From a virus: a stretch of 64,000 bases of DNA. The notes under the pieces were generated by a model that saw only the letters and a program-made list of their open reading frames with translations, was not told where the DNA came from and ran no database searches. Made by a program: the position numbers and the translations under genes. The DNA lies in the IMG/VR virus record IMGVR_UViG_3300045988_094874, positions 1-64,000 of that record, one strand, 5' to 3'. Shown here one piece after another: positions 26,310 through 36,225 of this stretch (its first letter is position 1; each line of letters opens with the position of its first letter).

Positions 26310-26744
26310 ATGTCAAAAATCAAATTTACAGCAGAAAAGAACGAAGGACTTTCCTTCACCTATACAGAAGGAACTTTCACAGTAGTTATCCAAGCCTTTG
26401 AATGGGTAGAGCCATCAGGTACAGGCAAGAAGCCTTACTATAAGGTAACATTCCGTGGAGACTTTGGTACTGATACTAATACTTATGGCTTCCGTATGTT
26501 TGATACAGCATTTGGTCGCTCAGACCTCTATGACCTTGCAGAGGCTGTAGGAATTGACCCTAAAGGTGAAATGGACACAGAGGACTTTATTGACCGCTAT
26601 GTGAACATTACCCTTGAAGAAGGTGAGCCTTACAATGACAAGCCTCAATGGGACGTTGTAGCTATTGAACCTGCTGGTGATGTCGAAGATGATGAAGACG
26701 AATACGCAGATGATGATGACGAAGATGATGAGTGGGACGACTAA
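26310..26744 (+). CDS. putative ssDNA-binding protein with acidic C-terminal tail (DDDEDDEWDD)
   Basis: gene order Sak4 then SSB is usual; acidic tail; OB fold not verifiable. Confidence 0.3.
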   Translation: MSKIKFTAEKNEGLSFTYTEGTFTVVIQAFEWVEPSGTGKKPYYKVTFRGDFGTDTNTYGFRMFDTAFGRSDLYDLAEAVGIDPKGEMDTEDFIDRYVNITLEEGEPYNDKPQWDVVAIEPAGDVEDDEDEYADDDDEDDEWDD

Positions 26745-27507
26745 GCCTACTTACGATACATTCATTGAGGAAGTCAATTCATGGTTAGAGAGAGGTAAGG
26801 ACTCATTTGAAGGGGCACTTAGTCTTACAGACAGTAAGATTACGCTTGACCCTAGAGAGTTCCCACCTCTCTTTTATCTAAAGGAAAATGTCCAGCGGAT
26901 ATTGCACCTATTAGAGGTATATAAAAACGCTGATACCTTTGACAAGCTACTCACTGTGTTCATTAACATATATGTCAAGGACTATGATACTCTAATGGAA
27001 TATAGCCTTCCGGGAGGGTTTTACACTATAGAGGAAGCCTACAGACTGGCACAGGGACTGAGGGTACATGGTAGGGAGAGCTACTTTGAAAACTCTCTTG
27101 GTAGCTTCCTATCTACTATACCTAGAATAGTTGTGGATAAGGGGATAGGGTATACTAAGTTGATTAGGGCTCTCAGCTGTGTAACAAGATACTCTGGAAG
27201 AAACATAGAGCTTACCAATATGCTATACCTAATGCCTGAGTGTAAAGTAATCATGAGGATAAGCCCTATGAAACGTGAGGCATTGTTTCAGTTATATGAT
27301 GTCTACGGAAGGCTAGAACACAGGAGTGAATTGACTACCTACATATCTAATATTGACTTTAGATGGTGGAGTTACCAAAATAGGAGGGTAGTCCCTCCTG
27401 TAATTGGTGACTATGAAAAACTTACTATGAAGAAAGAGGATTTTATAATTCCTGAGAGGATAAAAAATGAAAACATTAACCTCCTATATAATAAAATATA
27501 TAGATGA
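26728..27507 (+). CDS. hypothetical protein (start trimmed; the track's N-terminal 21 aa overlap the SSB acidic tail in another frame)
   Basis: ORF 26665-27507 in track. Confidence 0.4.
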   Translation: MSGTTKPTYDTFIEEVNSWLERGKDSFEGALSLTDSKITLDPREFPPLFYLKENVQRILHLLEVYKNADTFDKLLTVFINIYVKDYDTLMEYSLPGGFYTIEEAYRLAQGLRVHGRESYFENSLGSFLSTIPRIVVDKGIGYTKLIRALSCVTRYSGRNIELTNMLYLMPECKVIMRISPMKREALFQLYDVYGRLEHRSELTTYISNIDFRWWSYQNRRVVPPVIGDYEKLTMKKEDFIIPERIKNENINLLYNKIYR

Positions 27508-27679
27508 AATGGGAGACTGCTATCTTGAGGAAGAGGTAGAGTCTATTCAGACTAGAAATGAGAAACTTCGTGAATGGTCAGGAGGCTACCCTTATTCAAC
27601 TGTGAAAAATGGAGACATTACTGTACTTAGTAAAATAAACGGGGAAGAGGCGTGGTTCTATGTCAGCAAAAATATTTGA
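27467..27679 (+). CDS. hypothetical small protein
   Basis: 70-aa ORF. Confidence 0.35.
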   Translation: MKTLTSYIIKYIDEMGDCYLEEEVESIQTRNEKLREWSGGYPYSTVKNGDITVLSKINGEEAWFYVSKNI

Positions 27680-28145
27680 TGAAGGTTACGAAAAAGAAAT
27701 ATTCGAGTTAAATCGAAATATCCCAAACAGAGTAGTCGGAGAAGATGGCACTCTCTATGACACAGAGGGTAATGAGATTTCCCTTGATGAGGCTATCAAA
27801 CGCTATGTTGCCCTTGAGCGTGAAGTCAAGCTACTAGCGGCTGTTAAATCTACTAAGAGCAAGCTTCGCACAGAATATACCACCAAGCGGAAGCAGACGC
27901 TCCGTAAGGAACAAGACCTGTATTACCGTATCATTGCTGATTTGCAAGAGACAAAGAAGCTGTCTAAGGCTGTAGGACTTGCTAGAAACACCCTTACCAC
28001 ACGCCACGGAAGGAAAAGGAAGAAGCCTACTGTGAAAGAGGCTAAGGCTAGGCTCATGAAGGCTCTGAAAGAGTATGAACGAGCTAAGGACCGTGCAAAG
28101 GAAGAGCGTCAGAGAAAAAGATTACAACAAAAAAAGACCAATTAA
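27660..28145 (+). CDS. highly basic coiled-coil protein
   Basis: 161 aa, K/R-rich C-terminus. Confidence 0.45.
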   Translation: MSAKIFDEGYEKEIFELNRNIPNRVVGEDGTLYDTEGNEISLDEAIKRYVALEREVKLLAAVKSTKSKLRTEYTTKRKQTLRKEQDLYYRIIADLQETKKLSKAVGLARNTLTTRHGRKRKKPTVKEAKARLMKALKEYERAKDRAKEERQRKRLQQKKTN

Positions 28146-28160
28146 GGTCTTTTTATTTTT
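28131..28160. terminator. bidirectional intrinsic terminator at the convergence of plus and minus modules: AAAAAGACC-aattaa-GGTCTTTTT followed by ATTTTT
   Basis: perfect 9-bp stem flanked by A-tract and T-tract; overlaps both stop codons. Confidence 0.7.
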
Positions 28161-28992
28161 AGCAATTACAGTCCTTCTTAGGTACTTCTGGGGTCTTCAA
28201 GCAATCAGGAAGTCCTGTTCCCGGAATAGGGCGATACTCAACCTTGATATTATGCACACGGAATGTACCTGATGAAGTATTGTTCTGGATAACCTCTAGT
28301 ACAATATGCTGTCCCTTAGGTAACACAATGGTGTCTGAGCAAGGCATAGCTCCATCTGTGAGCCCTGTCATTTGCCAGTGGATACCACGTTGCTTAACCA
28401 TATCAGACTCATCACCTTGCCAGCCCTCACCGTCTGTGCGGACTACAAAGGTCATTGTATTATCCACAGCAGGGTTCAGCTCATTACCGTCAGCACACCA
28501 GCGGATATAGCAGTGCATGTCTTGGTCAAAAGTACCGCGCTTACCATCATCAATGCCTCCTTGGGTATCCCAGCCATATTCTGAGTCCTTGTAGAGGTTG
28601 ATAGCATACCGTGTCATGATAGGCTTGTAGAAGTTTTGTCCTTCTACTCCTGTGTGTCGGTAATACTTAGTTTCATAGCCCTGATTACCTTGAGCTTTCA
28701 GGTACTCTGTGATACATTGAAGCAAGTCCCAAATAGCACAGATATTCTGGATAACATGCTCAAATTGACAGGCAATCTTCTGAAAAGCACGTTTAAAAAA
28801 ATTCTTATCATAGCAGTCCTGATTTTGGGCTGCACAGGCATATCTTCCGATACCCTCGTTGTTCTCTTTCCTTAGAGAGTCACAGTCTGCTGGGTAAATG
28901 TCCTCACAGGCGCAATCCTCATACCAGCACTTATCCTTATATCCTTCTTTGTATGAAGCCATTATCTTCCTACCTTTCCTTGAGCTATCCAT
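28159..28992 (-). CDS. tail fibre/baseplate-associated protein with N-terminal Cys-rich module
   Basis: CWYEDCACED...CQFEHVIQNICAIWDLLQC module shared with the other fibre proteins. Confidence 0.45.
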   Translation of the reverse strand: MDSSRKGRKIMASYKEGYKDKCWYEDCACEDIYPADCDSLRKENNEGIGRYACAAQNQDCYDKNFFKRAFQKIACQFEHVIQNICAIWDLLQCITEYLKAQGNQGYETKYYRHTGVEGQNFYKPIMTRYAINLYKDSEYGWDTQGGIDDGKRGTFDQDMHCYIRWCADGNELNPAVDNTMTFVVRTDGEGWQGDESDMVKQRGIHWQMTGLTDGAMPCSDTIVLPKGQHIVLEVIQNNTSSGTFRVHNIKVEYRPIPGTGLPDCLKTPEVPKKDCNC

Positions 28993-29705
28993 TTATTGTC
29001 TAAGTAGATACGGTTAGCTCCAAATCCTTCTGTCTTAGCCTTGCTCTGTTCAATAGTTGAGTTCGGAGGAACTTTCCATGTTCCATTAGCATATACTTTC
29101 ATATCTTTATTGAGCGTAGTGAATGAGGTAAACTGACCTCCTGCTGTCTGTCTGATAGCCCAAGGCTTAATCATCACAGCTGGTGAAATAATAATCTCAG
29201 ATGGTATAGACCAATTTAAGAATATCTCAGAGGTTTTGTTTCCTGAAAACCAGCTATGCTCAAGCTTAGCTACACTAGCTGAGGAGTTAGTAGTGTACAG
29301 GTTAAGCTCTACAGCCTTGTTAAATGGTCTGTTTACATTCTCATTAAAGCCTCCTGTGATAGGGAACTGCTTCTCAATCACAAGCTGGTCAAGGGCAGTG
29401 AATTTCATTCTAGCGTCAGTACCAGAAGGGTTCACAGGGAGAACCTCATACTTAGCATTACCTACATAAATCTGTAGGTTGTTAATAATGATTTTGTCTC
29501 CCTTGTAACCAAAGCTAGGAATGACTTGGAACTGAACCTCACCCTTACCTACCACAAATTCTCCAGCTCTTTCTTCCCACACAGCGGAAGCATTATCCCA
29601 GCCTGAACGTACCTTAAACTCAGAGGCGTTTGTGCTCTCGAGTCTGAACTTTGTATTAGCTTTAGCCCAAGTAAGGGCTTCTTCCTTTGTGTTGAATGTT
29701 GGCAT
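28962..29705 (-). CDS. tail fibre-associated protein
   Basis: 247-aa ORF within the fibre cluster. Confidence 0.4.
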   Translation of the reverse strand: MPTFNTKEEALTWAKANTKFRLESTNASEFKVRSGWDNASAVWEERAGEFVVGKGEVQFQVIPSFGYKGDKIIINNLQIYVGNAKYEVLPVNPSGTDARMKFTALDQLVIEKQFPITGGFNENVNRPFNKAVELNLYTTNSSASVAKLEHSWFSGNKTSEIFLNWSIPSEIIISPAVMIKPWAIRQTAGGQFTSFTTLNKDMKVYANGTWKVPPNSTIEQSKAKTEGFGANRIYLDNKWIAQGKVGR

Positions 29706-31717
29706 TACTCTACTCCTCCAGCAAGGTCTCCAGCGTTGAGCGTGTTAGTTGTTCGGATAGCCCTGTTTCCATTAGGTGTTCCACCAAATACGTTAATATT
29801 ACCTGTAGCAATATGACGGTCAGTCTTAAGGCTACCAGCAAGAATGTCAGTACCTCCAACTTCCCAAGCACCTGAGTTTTTAAGGTCTTCGAGAAGCTTC
29901 TTCACAGCTGTCTCTAGGCTGTTATACTTATTCTGTAGTGACCTAAACTCTGAACGCTCTACCTTAGTAGCCAAGTCACCGAACGTTGGTAGGTCAGTAG
30001 TATTCACAGAGAAGGTAGTACCATTAAGGCTCAAGCCGTTTCCTGCATAATACTTAGTATCATTATCAGCTCTTCCTTCTAGGGCAGTTACCTTGGTGCT
30101 AAGTCCTTGTACAGTAGTATTAAGCCTGTTAATACCTTCTGTGACATCGGTATTGCTTGGTACGTCTAGTGAGCTTGCTCCCCAAGAACGAGGACCTGTT
30201 CCCTCATAGAAACATACACCAGCAATCTGTAGCACAGTATTGTTAGGTACATCAGCCTTCATACGTCCTAAAAGAATTTTAGGTGTAAATGGTGCTGTAT
30301 TATATACTTGGAAGCTTACTGTGTATAGAGCCCAGTTAGCATTTACTTTCACAGTAACATCACCATCAATATTTGTGTTCATACCTCCTGTGGAGCTATA
30401 AACAATACAAACTTTTGCAGGTGAGAATAGGTGATTACCAAAAGTAATCTCACTAGTTGCCTTAGCAAAGAAGCTCACTGTGTACCAAGTTCCCGGATTG
30501 AGAGGATAGCCTAGCTGAGCACCAAAGGTATCAAATGTATCAGTTCCTGTGCCTCTATTTTTCTCACTGATAGCTAGTCCTAAGTAGTTCCCATTAGGAG
30601 CTCCATAGGTGTTAGCAGAGCCGTCTCTAGTGCCCTTAATGAGGTTATCAGCACCAACAAGTAAAGTACCAGAAGGCTCAGGAATACTATCAGTCACAGG
30701 CTTGGTAGTCAATGTCAGGTAAGTAAATCTCACAGGGAAGGTCTTAATATCAATACCGTCAATACGAACATTAAGGGCATTTACTTTAAGGTCTTTATTA
30801 GCAAGAGTCCATGTGTAGGTAATCTCATTACCTTTAGCCTGCATAGACTGTTTACCTGCAAGCCAGCCTACATACCAGTTAGTCGGATTAGCCATGTCGT
30901 AGGCTTCCAGAGCAAGCTGAGCAGTAGCAGGGATAGCTGAGATTGTATTAACATCAAACTTGGCTTTAATATAAAGCTTGTCTCCTACAGAGAAACCTAA
31001 TTCTCCTAAAGACTTCTTATCTGTTAAATAATACAATGGAGCAGAATAATAACCACTACCTTCGTCACGTTTACCTACCCAGCCGTTACCATGGTATTTG
31101 TTGATGTAGTTCACAAGAGGAACTTCAACAGCCTTTGTCTCTAACGCTGGAATTTTATCAATGTTAGCCTTTACAGCAGGGTCAAGTTTAACTTCCCAAT
31201 CCTTAGTGGCTGTCTGTGTACTAACAATCCCGTCTTTACCGATTACTGACACAGAGGCTACACCTTTGGGGGCTTTAAGCTCACCAATTTGGCGCTCTAC
31301 ATTCTCTAGGCGCTCATTAGTAGGTACTTTTGTGCTGTCTAGTGACACAGTGTAATCATTATTAGTCTTAGCTACCAGAATACCATTGCCGGGCTTCACA
31401 GTGGTGATAGTGTCTCTATCCTGTGTGACTACAGCAGAGATAGTTCCATCAGGTGAAATAGTGATACCTTGACCTGCTTTATAAGTTTTACCTCCATTAC
31501 CAGAGCCTGTACCATTAAGCTTAATCATAGCGTCCCTAGCACGGTTTAAAATCCATACATCTTGATTGCTATCCATGTAAGCATGGTTGCGGTCAGCATA
31601 GAATGGGTCGGGCTTCTCAGACTTGACAATTAGCCAAGTACCTTCATCAGGAAGGCAATCTTGGCAGTAGTCACGTCCATCATTACAATCACACTCATAG
31701 CATTTGTTACAAGTCAT
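29705..31717 (-). CDS. tail fibre / receptor-binding protein candidate with N-terminal Cys cluster
   Basis: 670 aa; MTCNKCYECDCNDGRDYCQDC; beta-rich, Gly/Asn-rich C-terminal region. Confidence 0.45.
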   Translation of the reverse strand: MTCNKCYECDCNDGRDYCQDCLPDEGTWLIVKSEKPDPFYADRNHAYMDSNQDVWILNRARDAMIKLNGTGSGNGGKTYKAGQGITISPDGTISAVVTQDRDTITTVKPGNGILVAKTNNDYTVSLDSTKVPTNERLENVERQIGELKAPKGVASVSVIGKDGIVSTQTATKDWEVKLDPAVKANIDKIPALETKAVEVPLVNYINKYHGNGWVGKRDEGSGYYSAPLYYLTDKKSLGELGFSVGDKLYIKAKFDVNTISAIPATAQLALEAYDMANPTNWYVGWLAGKQSMQAKGNEITYTWTLANKDLKVNALNVRIDGIDIKTFPVRFTYLTLTTKPVTDSIPEPSGTLLVGADNLIKGTRDGSANTYGAPNGNYLGLAISEKNRGTGTDTFDTFGAQLGYPLNPGTWYTVSFFAKATSEITFGNHLFSPAKVCIVYSSTGGMNTNIDGDVTVKVNANWALYTVSFQVYNTAPFTPKILLGRMKADVPNNTVLQIAGVCFYEGTGPRSWGASSLDVPSNTDVTEGINRLNTTVQGLSTKVTALEGRADNDTKYYAGNGLSLNGTTFSVNTTDLPTFGDLATKVERSEFRSLQNKYNSLETAVKKLLEDLKNSGAWEVGGTDILAGSLKTDRHIATGNINVFGGTPNGNRAIRTTNTLNAGDLAGGVE

Positions 31718-33438
31718 TAGTTAGTTTCCTTTCCTCCTGTGCTGTAGTAGTTCACACAGGTTCTAATCATACCTTTACCTAACAGGCTATCAGTTCCCTC
31801 TACAAACTCAGAGGTAGTCTGCTTATTAGGCAATAAAGTATATCCCTTACCATTATACCATACTGAGTCAGGAGTAGGGGCACAGAAAGTGCTCTTTTCA
31901 TGAACAGCTGGTGCTATAGGTTTATTAGTTGCAGTGTCAATAAAGGTTGTTACTGTGATATAGTCAAGTCCCTTAGTCTTAGCAAGCTGAGCCTCTTTTC
32001 CTACAGGAGGACACACAGAGCAGGCTGTCTTACACTCTCTTAGAGGGGCTAGGGTACAGCTACCACAGTTCAGCTCATTCAGGAAGCCTGTGCTCTCATG
32101 AATGTTGATGTAAGAAGGCTCAGGAGGCAGTTCTTTCAGCTTAGCCTGATAAGGGGCTACTGGCATTGAACTTATCACAGGAGCTGTATTCAGGTTAAAT
32201 CCTGATACATTCTTCTTGTAGCTTCCTACAGTAAACCTGATAACATCTACAAATACTCCCCACACAATAGCCTGAGGACCTTCTCCAAGAGGATTTCTTG
32301 TGTAGTTACTTAGTCTGCCATTCTGTGCTGATACATAAGAGCCATTGATAGGTACAGTATATGCTGTATCAACAGTGAAATAAGTACCCTGACCTGACTC
32401 AGCACCAAATGGTTGCAGATTTAGGATAGCTGTTTCCCTGTTTGTAGGCTTAACTTCCTTACCATCAGCAGTAAAGAAACGTGTCTCCACAGTAAGCTCA
32501 GAGCTATATTGTTCATTGCTACCTTCTGTGTGAATAGTGATTTGTTTATATGGATTAGTAGGTACTCCAATAATCACAGCCTTCTTAGGGTGCTCAGTTG
32601 ACACAAGAGTAATTCTCATCTTGATAGATGAAATCTCTTTCCCTGATAAAATAGTAGTTGCATTTGCAAAGTCTACCGTCATTTCCTCACGCTCTTTTAA
32701 ATAGGTATAGACCAATTCATTTGAGGTAAAGGTAGAAATGTCAGGGATAGGATTAACACTTGCAGGCTCTTTAGTATCATTAGCCAGCTTACGTCCTCTA
32801 ATTGTCTTAGCCATTACAGCATTAGGAGAAATTTGAAGGTACTGACTAGCTACTGCCTGAGGGAAACCTTCCTTGGTCAAGTTAGCTTGTAGGATAGAGA
32901 TACGGTTTGCATACTCTTGCCTATCTTGCTGGAACTTAGCTAAAGCACCTTTATTATACTCATTAACAAAGGAAGCTTGCTCATCATACTCTCTCTTAAG
33001 CTTATTGTTATAAGCAATAGCGTCAGACACAGTAGAGTTAGAAGCAGTGACCAGCTTATTAGCATTTCTTGTAATCTCATTGATACGTCCACACAGAACC
33101 CCATTAGCTGTATTAAGAGCCTCTAGGTTCTTTTTATTTGCCTTAATCCGGTCATTGAGTATGTTAGTTAGTCCAAGGGTATGGCACAGTACGTTTATAA
33201 AGTTGTTTACAAACATAAATACATTACTAAACCCTTTAGAGCTAAGCTCCCTCATGTCACAGGGCATACCTGTTTCAAACATAGGAGCTATAGGCTCTAG
33301 TAGGTCTTTGTGTAAGGCTTTAACCTTGTCACAGGTATCGTCACAGGTCTTGCCAATCTCTATACATTTAGGTTTGCAACCATTATCGCATTGACACTCC
33401 TTGAACTTGCACTTCATACAAGTTACACAGTCTGCCAT
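31717..33438 (-). CDS. tail fibre protein with Cys-rich N-terminus and coiled coil
   Basis: 573 aa; MADCVTCMKCKFKECQCDNGCKPKC. Confidence 0.45.
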   Translation of the reverse strand: MADCVTCMKCKFKECQCDNGCKPKCIEIGKTCDDTCDKVKALHKDLLEPIAPMFETGMPCDMRELSSKGFSNVFMFVNNFINVLCHTLGLTNILNDRIKANKKNLEALNTANGVLCGRINEITRNANKLVTASNSTVSDAIAYNNKLKREYDEQASFVNEYNKGALAKFQQDRQEYANRISILQANLTKEGFPQAVASQYLQISPNAVMAKTIRGRKLANDTKEPASVNPIPDISTFTSNELVYTYLKEREEMTVDFANATTILSGKEISSIKMRITLVSTEHPKKAVIIGVPTNPYKQITIHTEGSNEQYSSELTVETRFFTADGKEVKPTNRETAILNLQPFGAESGQGTYFTVDTAYTVPINGSYVSAQNGRLSNYTRNPLGEGPQAIVWGVFVDVIRFTVGSYKKNVSGFNLNTAPVISSMPVAPYQAKLKELPPEPSYINIHESTGFLNELNCGSCTLAPLRECKTACSVCPPVGKEAQLAKTKGLDYITVTTFIDTATNKPIAPAVHEKSTFCAPTPDSVWYNGKGYTLLPNKQTTSEFVEGTDSLLGKGMIRTCVNYYSTGGKETN

Positions 33439-33935
33439 TAAAGCTCCTCCTCTGGTAGTGCTTCAAGAGTGGCTACAAGTCCTTCAAAAGAGCTGTCAGC
33501 TACCACAATCTTAGTTGTGGCATACTGATTGTAAAGCTCAAGGATTTTATTCATCTGAGCTTGCAGGTCTTTCATTCCCTGAACCATTTTCTCTTGCTTC
33601 TGGTTAATGCACTTGTTGTTATCATCAATAACCTTAGTGCGTGAATAGATACAGCAGATATTCTTAATAATCCAACACAGCTGTAATATCATATTCTTGT
33701 AGACACAGGAGATACCCCTGAATAGCCTGCCTAAGAACTTAGGAATATCACAGGCTAGTAGGGCTTCATTCCGCTGTGCCATTAGCTTAATCTTGTTATC
33801 ATTTAGGTCATGTAAAGCGTTACATGCGTCCATTCCGGGAGTAATAGTGGGGCAGTCACACAAAGCATATTTCCTTGCCTGACATGTAAAGTGCCCACAC
33901 TTATCTCCACAGGAACTACATTCCTTAACAGTCAA
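33438..33935 (-). CDS. Cys-rich coiled-coil protein (stand-alone copy of the shared fibre N-terminal module)
   Basis: 165 aa; CSSCGDKCGHFTCQ...CVYKNMILQLCWIIKNICC. Confidence 0.45.
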   Translation of the reverse strand: MTVKECSSCGDKCGHFTCQARKYALCDCPTITPGMDACNALHDLNDNKIKLMAQRNEALLACDIPKFLGRLFRGISCVYKNMILQLCWIIKNICCIYSRTKVIDDNNKCINQKQEKMVQGMKDLQAQMNKILELYNQYATTKIVVADSSFEGLVATLEALPEEEL

Positions 33936-36168
33936 ATTCTTTCACCTCACAGCTTCCACAATCAATCTCAACCTTAGGTATTTCAGGTACATGAGGGATT
34001 TCAATAGGGATTAGGTTATCCCTTGTGAAGTTTACCTCAAGCTGACCATAGGTTGGGTCATAAAGCCAAGTATCTCTAGTAGACAATACGTGAACAGCTC
34101 CTCCTGTAGAGCCTGTGGTCTGTAGGGGTACTGTTCTATTATACTCAATTCTTCGATTAGGGCTTTCACTAAAGGAACGGAACGGGTCATAGGCTTTGTA
34201 GTAAACCTGATTGCCTGCTCCATCAAATACAGCCATGGTAGCTGTAGAAGCCCCTGTCATAGCTCCTGTAGGCTCATATCTCACAGAGGTGATAGTAACT
34301 GCCTTAAGGAAAGCCTCTACATAGCCTGTAGTAGTATTGAGCCTGAACTCACGCTCTACAGTACCATTAATGCTACCATTACCAATTACAGCTCCGCCTA
34401 CCATGTTCCACTCAATAGTGAAGTTAGTTCCTGAGGTGGATACTCTTGTGTAAGTACCTGAACCTGCTTGTGAACCTCTAGGGAACATGTTCATTCTTAC
34501 TGTTTGGTTAGCAATCTCTACAGACCTCTTCTGTGCGTCGTCTCTGAGCTTCTGGATGAGCCTATTTCGCACTGTATTACCTATGTCAAGGTTATTCTTA
34601 GCAATCTTACTTAAACGCTCACAGGAAGCCTGCTGTGCGTTCTGGATACACATCTGCTCTTTACGAAGCTGGTCTGTTTGCTGTCTAAGGCATTCAAACT
34701 CTTCTCCTACATGGCAGAGCTGGTTGATAATATTCTTGGTAACACACCAGAGCCCATAAGCTGAACGTCTAATAACCTTAGGCAGGTTCACTACATACTT
34801 ATTTCTAAGCTCATGAACTCCTGCTCTCTGGTAGCGCTCTTGTGCAATAGCCTTAAGGTCTTCACAGACATCAGGTCCTCTACCGATATTCTCACATTCC
34901 TCACACTCATTACATATCTTACAAGGACGCTTTGGTCTTGGTCTAAGAGGTCTAGGAGTAGGAGGCACAGGAGGTTCTCCGGGGTGATTAGGTTTATCAA
35001 CTCTAGGAGGCTCTTGTGGTGGGTTATTAGGTAAGTTAGGCACAGGTAGCTGAGGCTCTAGTACAGGTCTAGGAGGCTCTTTCGGCTCTTCTGGCTTAGG
35101 TGGGATTGGGATATGAGGTACTTGGACATCAAGTCGGTCCATAGTAAAGTTCACATTCAAGCTACCTGAGGTAGGCTCAGCAATCCATGAGTCATAAGTA
35201 GAGAAGATAACCACCTGACCATCAGGCTGGCCTGTTTGGTAGATAGGTGTTTGTCGCTCCATAACCACACGCCTATTTGGTGTATCTGAGAAGCTTTGAT
35301 AAGGGTCATAACTCCTTGACCAGATAGGCTGACCTTGGTGATTATTGATTGTAAACACAGCTCCAGCAGAAGCCCAAGTGTCATTAGGGTTCATCTGATA
35401 TTGCACAGACTGGATAGTATAGGCTACAATGTAAGCCTCAATTCTATCTTCCCGTCTCACAAAGCGATACTCTACATTACCACGAACAGTACCAGTACCT
35501 ACGATACGCCCTGTGTTTACCATGCGCCATTGTACTTCAAAGTTGTTACCGTTTGAGCTTACATGAGTATAAGCGCCTCCAGCTGTGCTAGAGCCATAGG
35601 TAAATACGTTCATGCGTGTGGTACGTTGCACACGGTCTAGGGCTTGTTGTAGTGCCTCATTCTCAAGTCTACGTCTACGCTCAGGGTCAACAGCCTCATC
35701 GTACTCTTTCTTCTTCTGACGATAGATTACAATATCCTTGTCATATTGAGCCTTATCAGCTGTGTATCTGTCCTGCTTAGCCTTATTACGCTTAGTCCGC
35801 TCTTCGTTTTCCTTAGTGATACGAGTAATCTCAGCCTGGATAGCGTTGCGCTCTTTTGTATAAGAGGCTAACTTCTTATCATACTCAGACTTGTTGATGA
35901 GATAGGTTTCATAGCGCTCAAGGAGCTCTTTGTATCGTGCCAAGGCATTGTTATAAGCAAGTAGCTTGCGCTCATACTCAGACTTTTCCTCAGGAGTGAT
36001 ACCTCCATTGTAGTTGCACTTCTCATCAATCCATTTACACAGGTCTAGCTTATAGGCTTCCATGAGTTGCTCATTTTTAGCCAATTCCTGCTCAGTCCAC
36101 TTAGTCCCGTCTTCCTTAGGAGGGCACATAGGGTCTGGAAATACACAGGGTAAATTCTTATTAGGCAT
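33925..36168 (-). CDS. large modular fibre protein with internal duplication (two beta-domain copies, Pro-rich linker, internal Cys-rich module)
   Basis: 747 aa; repeated segments RMNVFTYGSSTAGGAYTHVSSNGNNFEVQW / RMNMFPRGSQAGSGTYTRVSTSGTNFTIEW. Confidence 0.45.
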   Translation of the reverse strand: MPNKNLPCVFPDPMCPPKEDGTKWTEQELAKNEQLMEAYKLDLCKWIDEKCNYNGGITPEEKSEYERKLLAYNNALARYKELLERYETYLINKSEYDKKLASYTKERNAIQAEITRITKENEERTKRNKAKQDRYTADKAQYDKDIVIYRQKKKEYDEAVDPERRRRLENEALQQALDRVQRTTRMNVFTYGSSTAGGAYTHVSSNGNNFEVQWRMVNTGRIVGTGTVRGNVEYRFVRREDRIEAYIVAYTIQSVQYQMNPNDTWASAGAVFTINNHQGQPIWSRSYDPYQSFSDTPNRRVVMERQTPIYQTGQPDGQVVIFSTYDSWIAEPTSGSLNVNFTMDRLDVQVPHIPIPPKPEEPKEPPRPVLEPQLPVPNLPNNPPQEPPRVDKPNHPGEPPVPPTPRPLRPRPKRPCKICNECEECENIGRGPDVCEDLKAIAQERYQRAGVHELRNKYVVNLPKVIRRSAYGLWCVTKNIINQLCHVGEEFECLRQQTDQLRKEQMCIQNAQQASCERLSKIAKNNLDIGNTVRNRLIQKLRDDAQKRSVEIANQTVRMNMFPRGSQAGSGTYTRVSTSGTNFTIEWNMVGGAVIGNGSINGTVEREFRLNTTTGYVEAFLKAVTITSVRYEPTGAMTGASTATMAVFDGAGNQVYYKAYDPFRSFSESPNRRIEYNRTVPLQTTGSTGGAVHVLSTRDTWLYDPTYGQLEVNFTRDNLIPIEIPHVPEIPKVEIDCGSCEVKEFDC

Positions 36169-36225
36169 AACTCCTCCTATTAAAAAGAAAGAGGAAACAT
36201 ATAAATATTTCCCCCTCCTAAACCC

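Noticed and set aside
26665-26727. N-terminal 21 codons of track ORF 26665-27507 (MNLLVMSKMMKTNTQMMMTKMM)
   Set aside because: Met/Thr-rich translation of GATGATGA repeats that encode the SSB-like acidic tail in another frame. Start moved to 26728.
28159-36168. Diversity-generating retroelement targeting the fibre genes
   Set aside because: No reverse transcriptase ORF is present. No template/variable repeat pair with adenine-specific differences was seen near the fibre C-termini.
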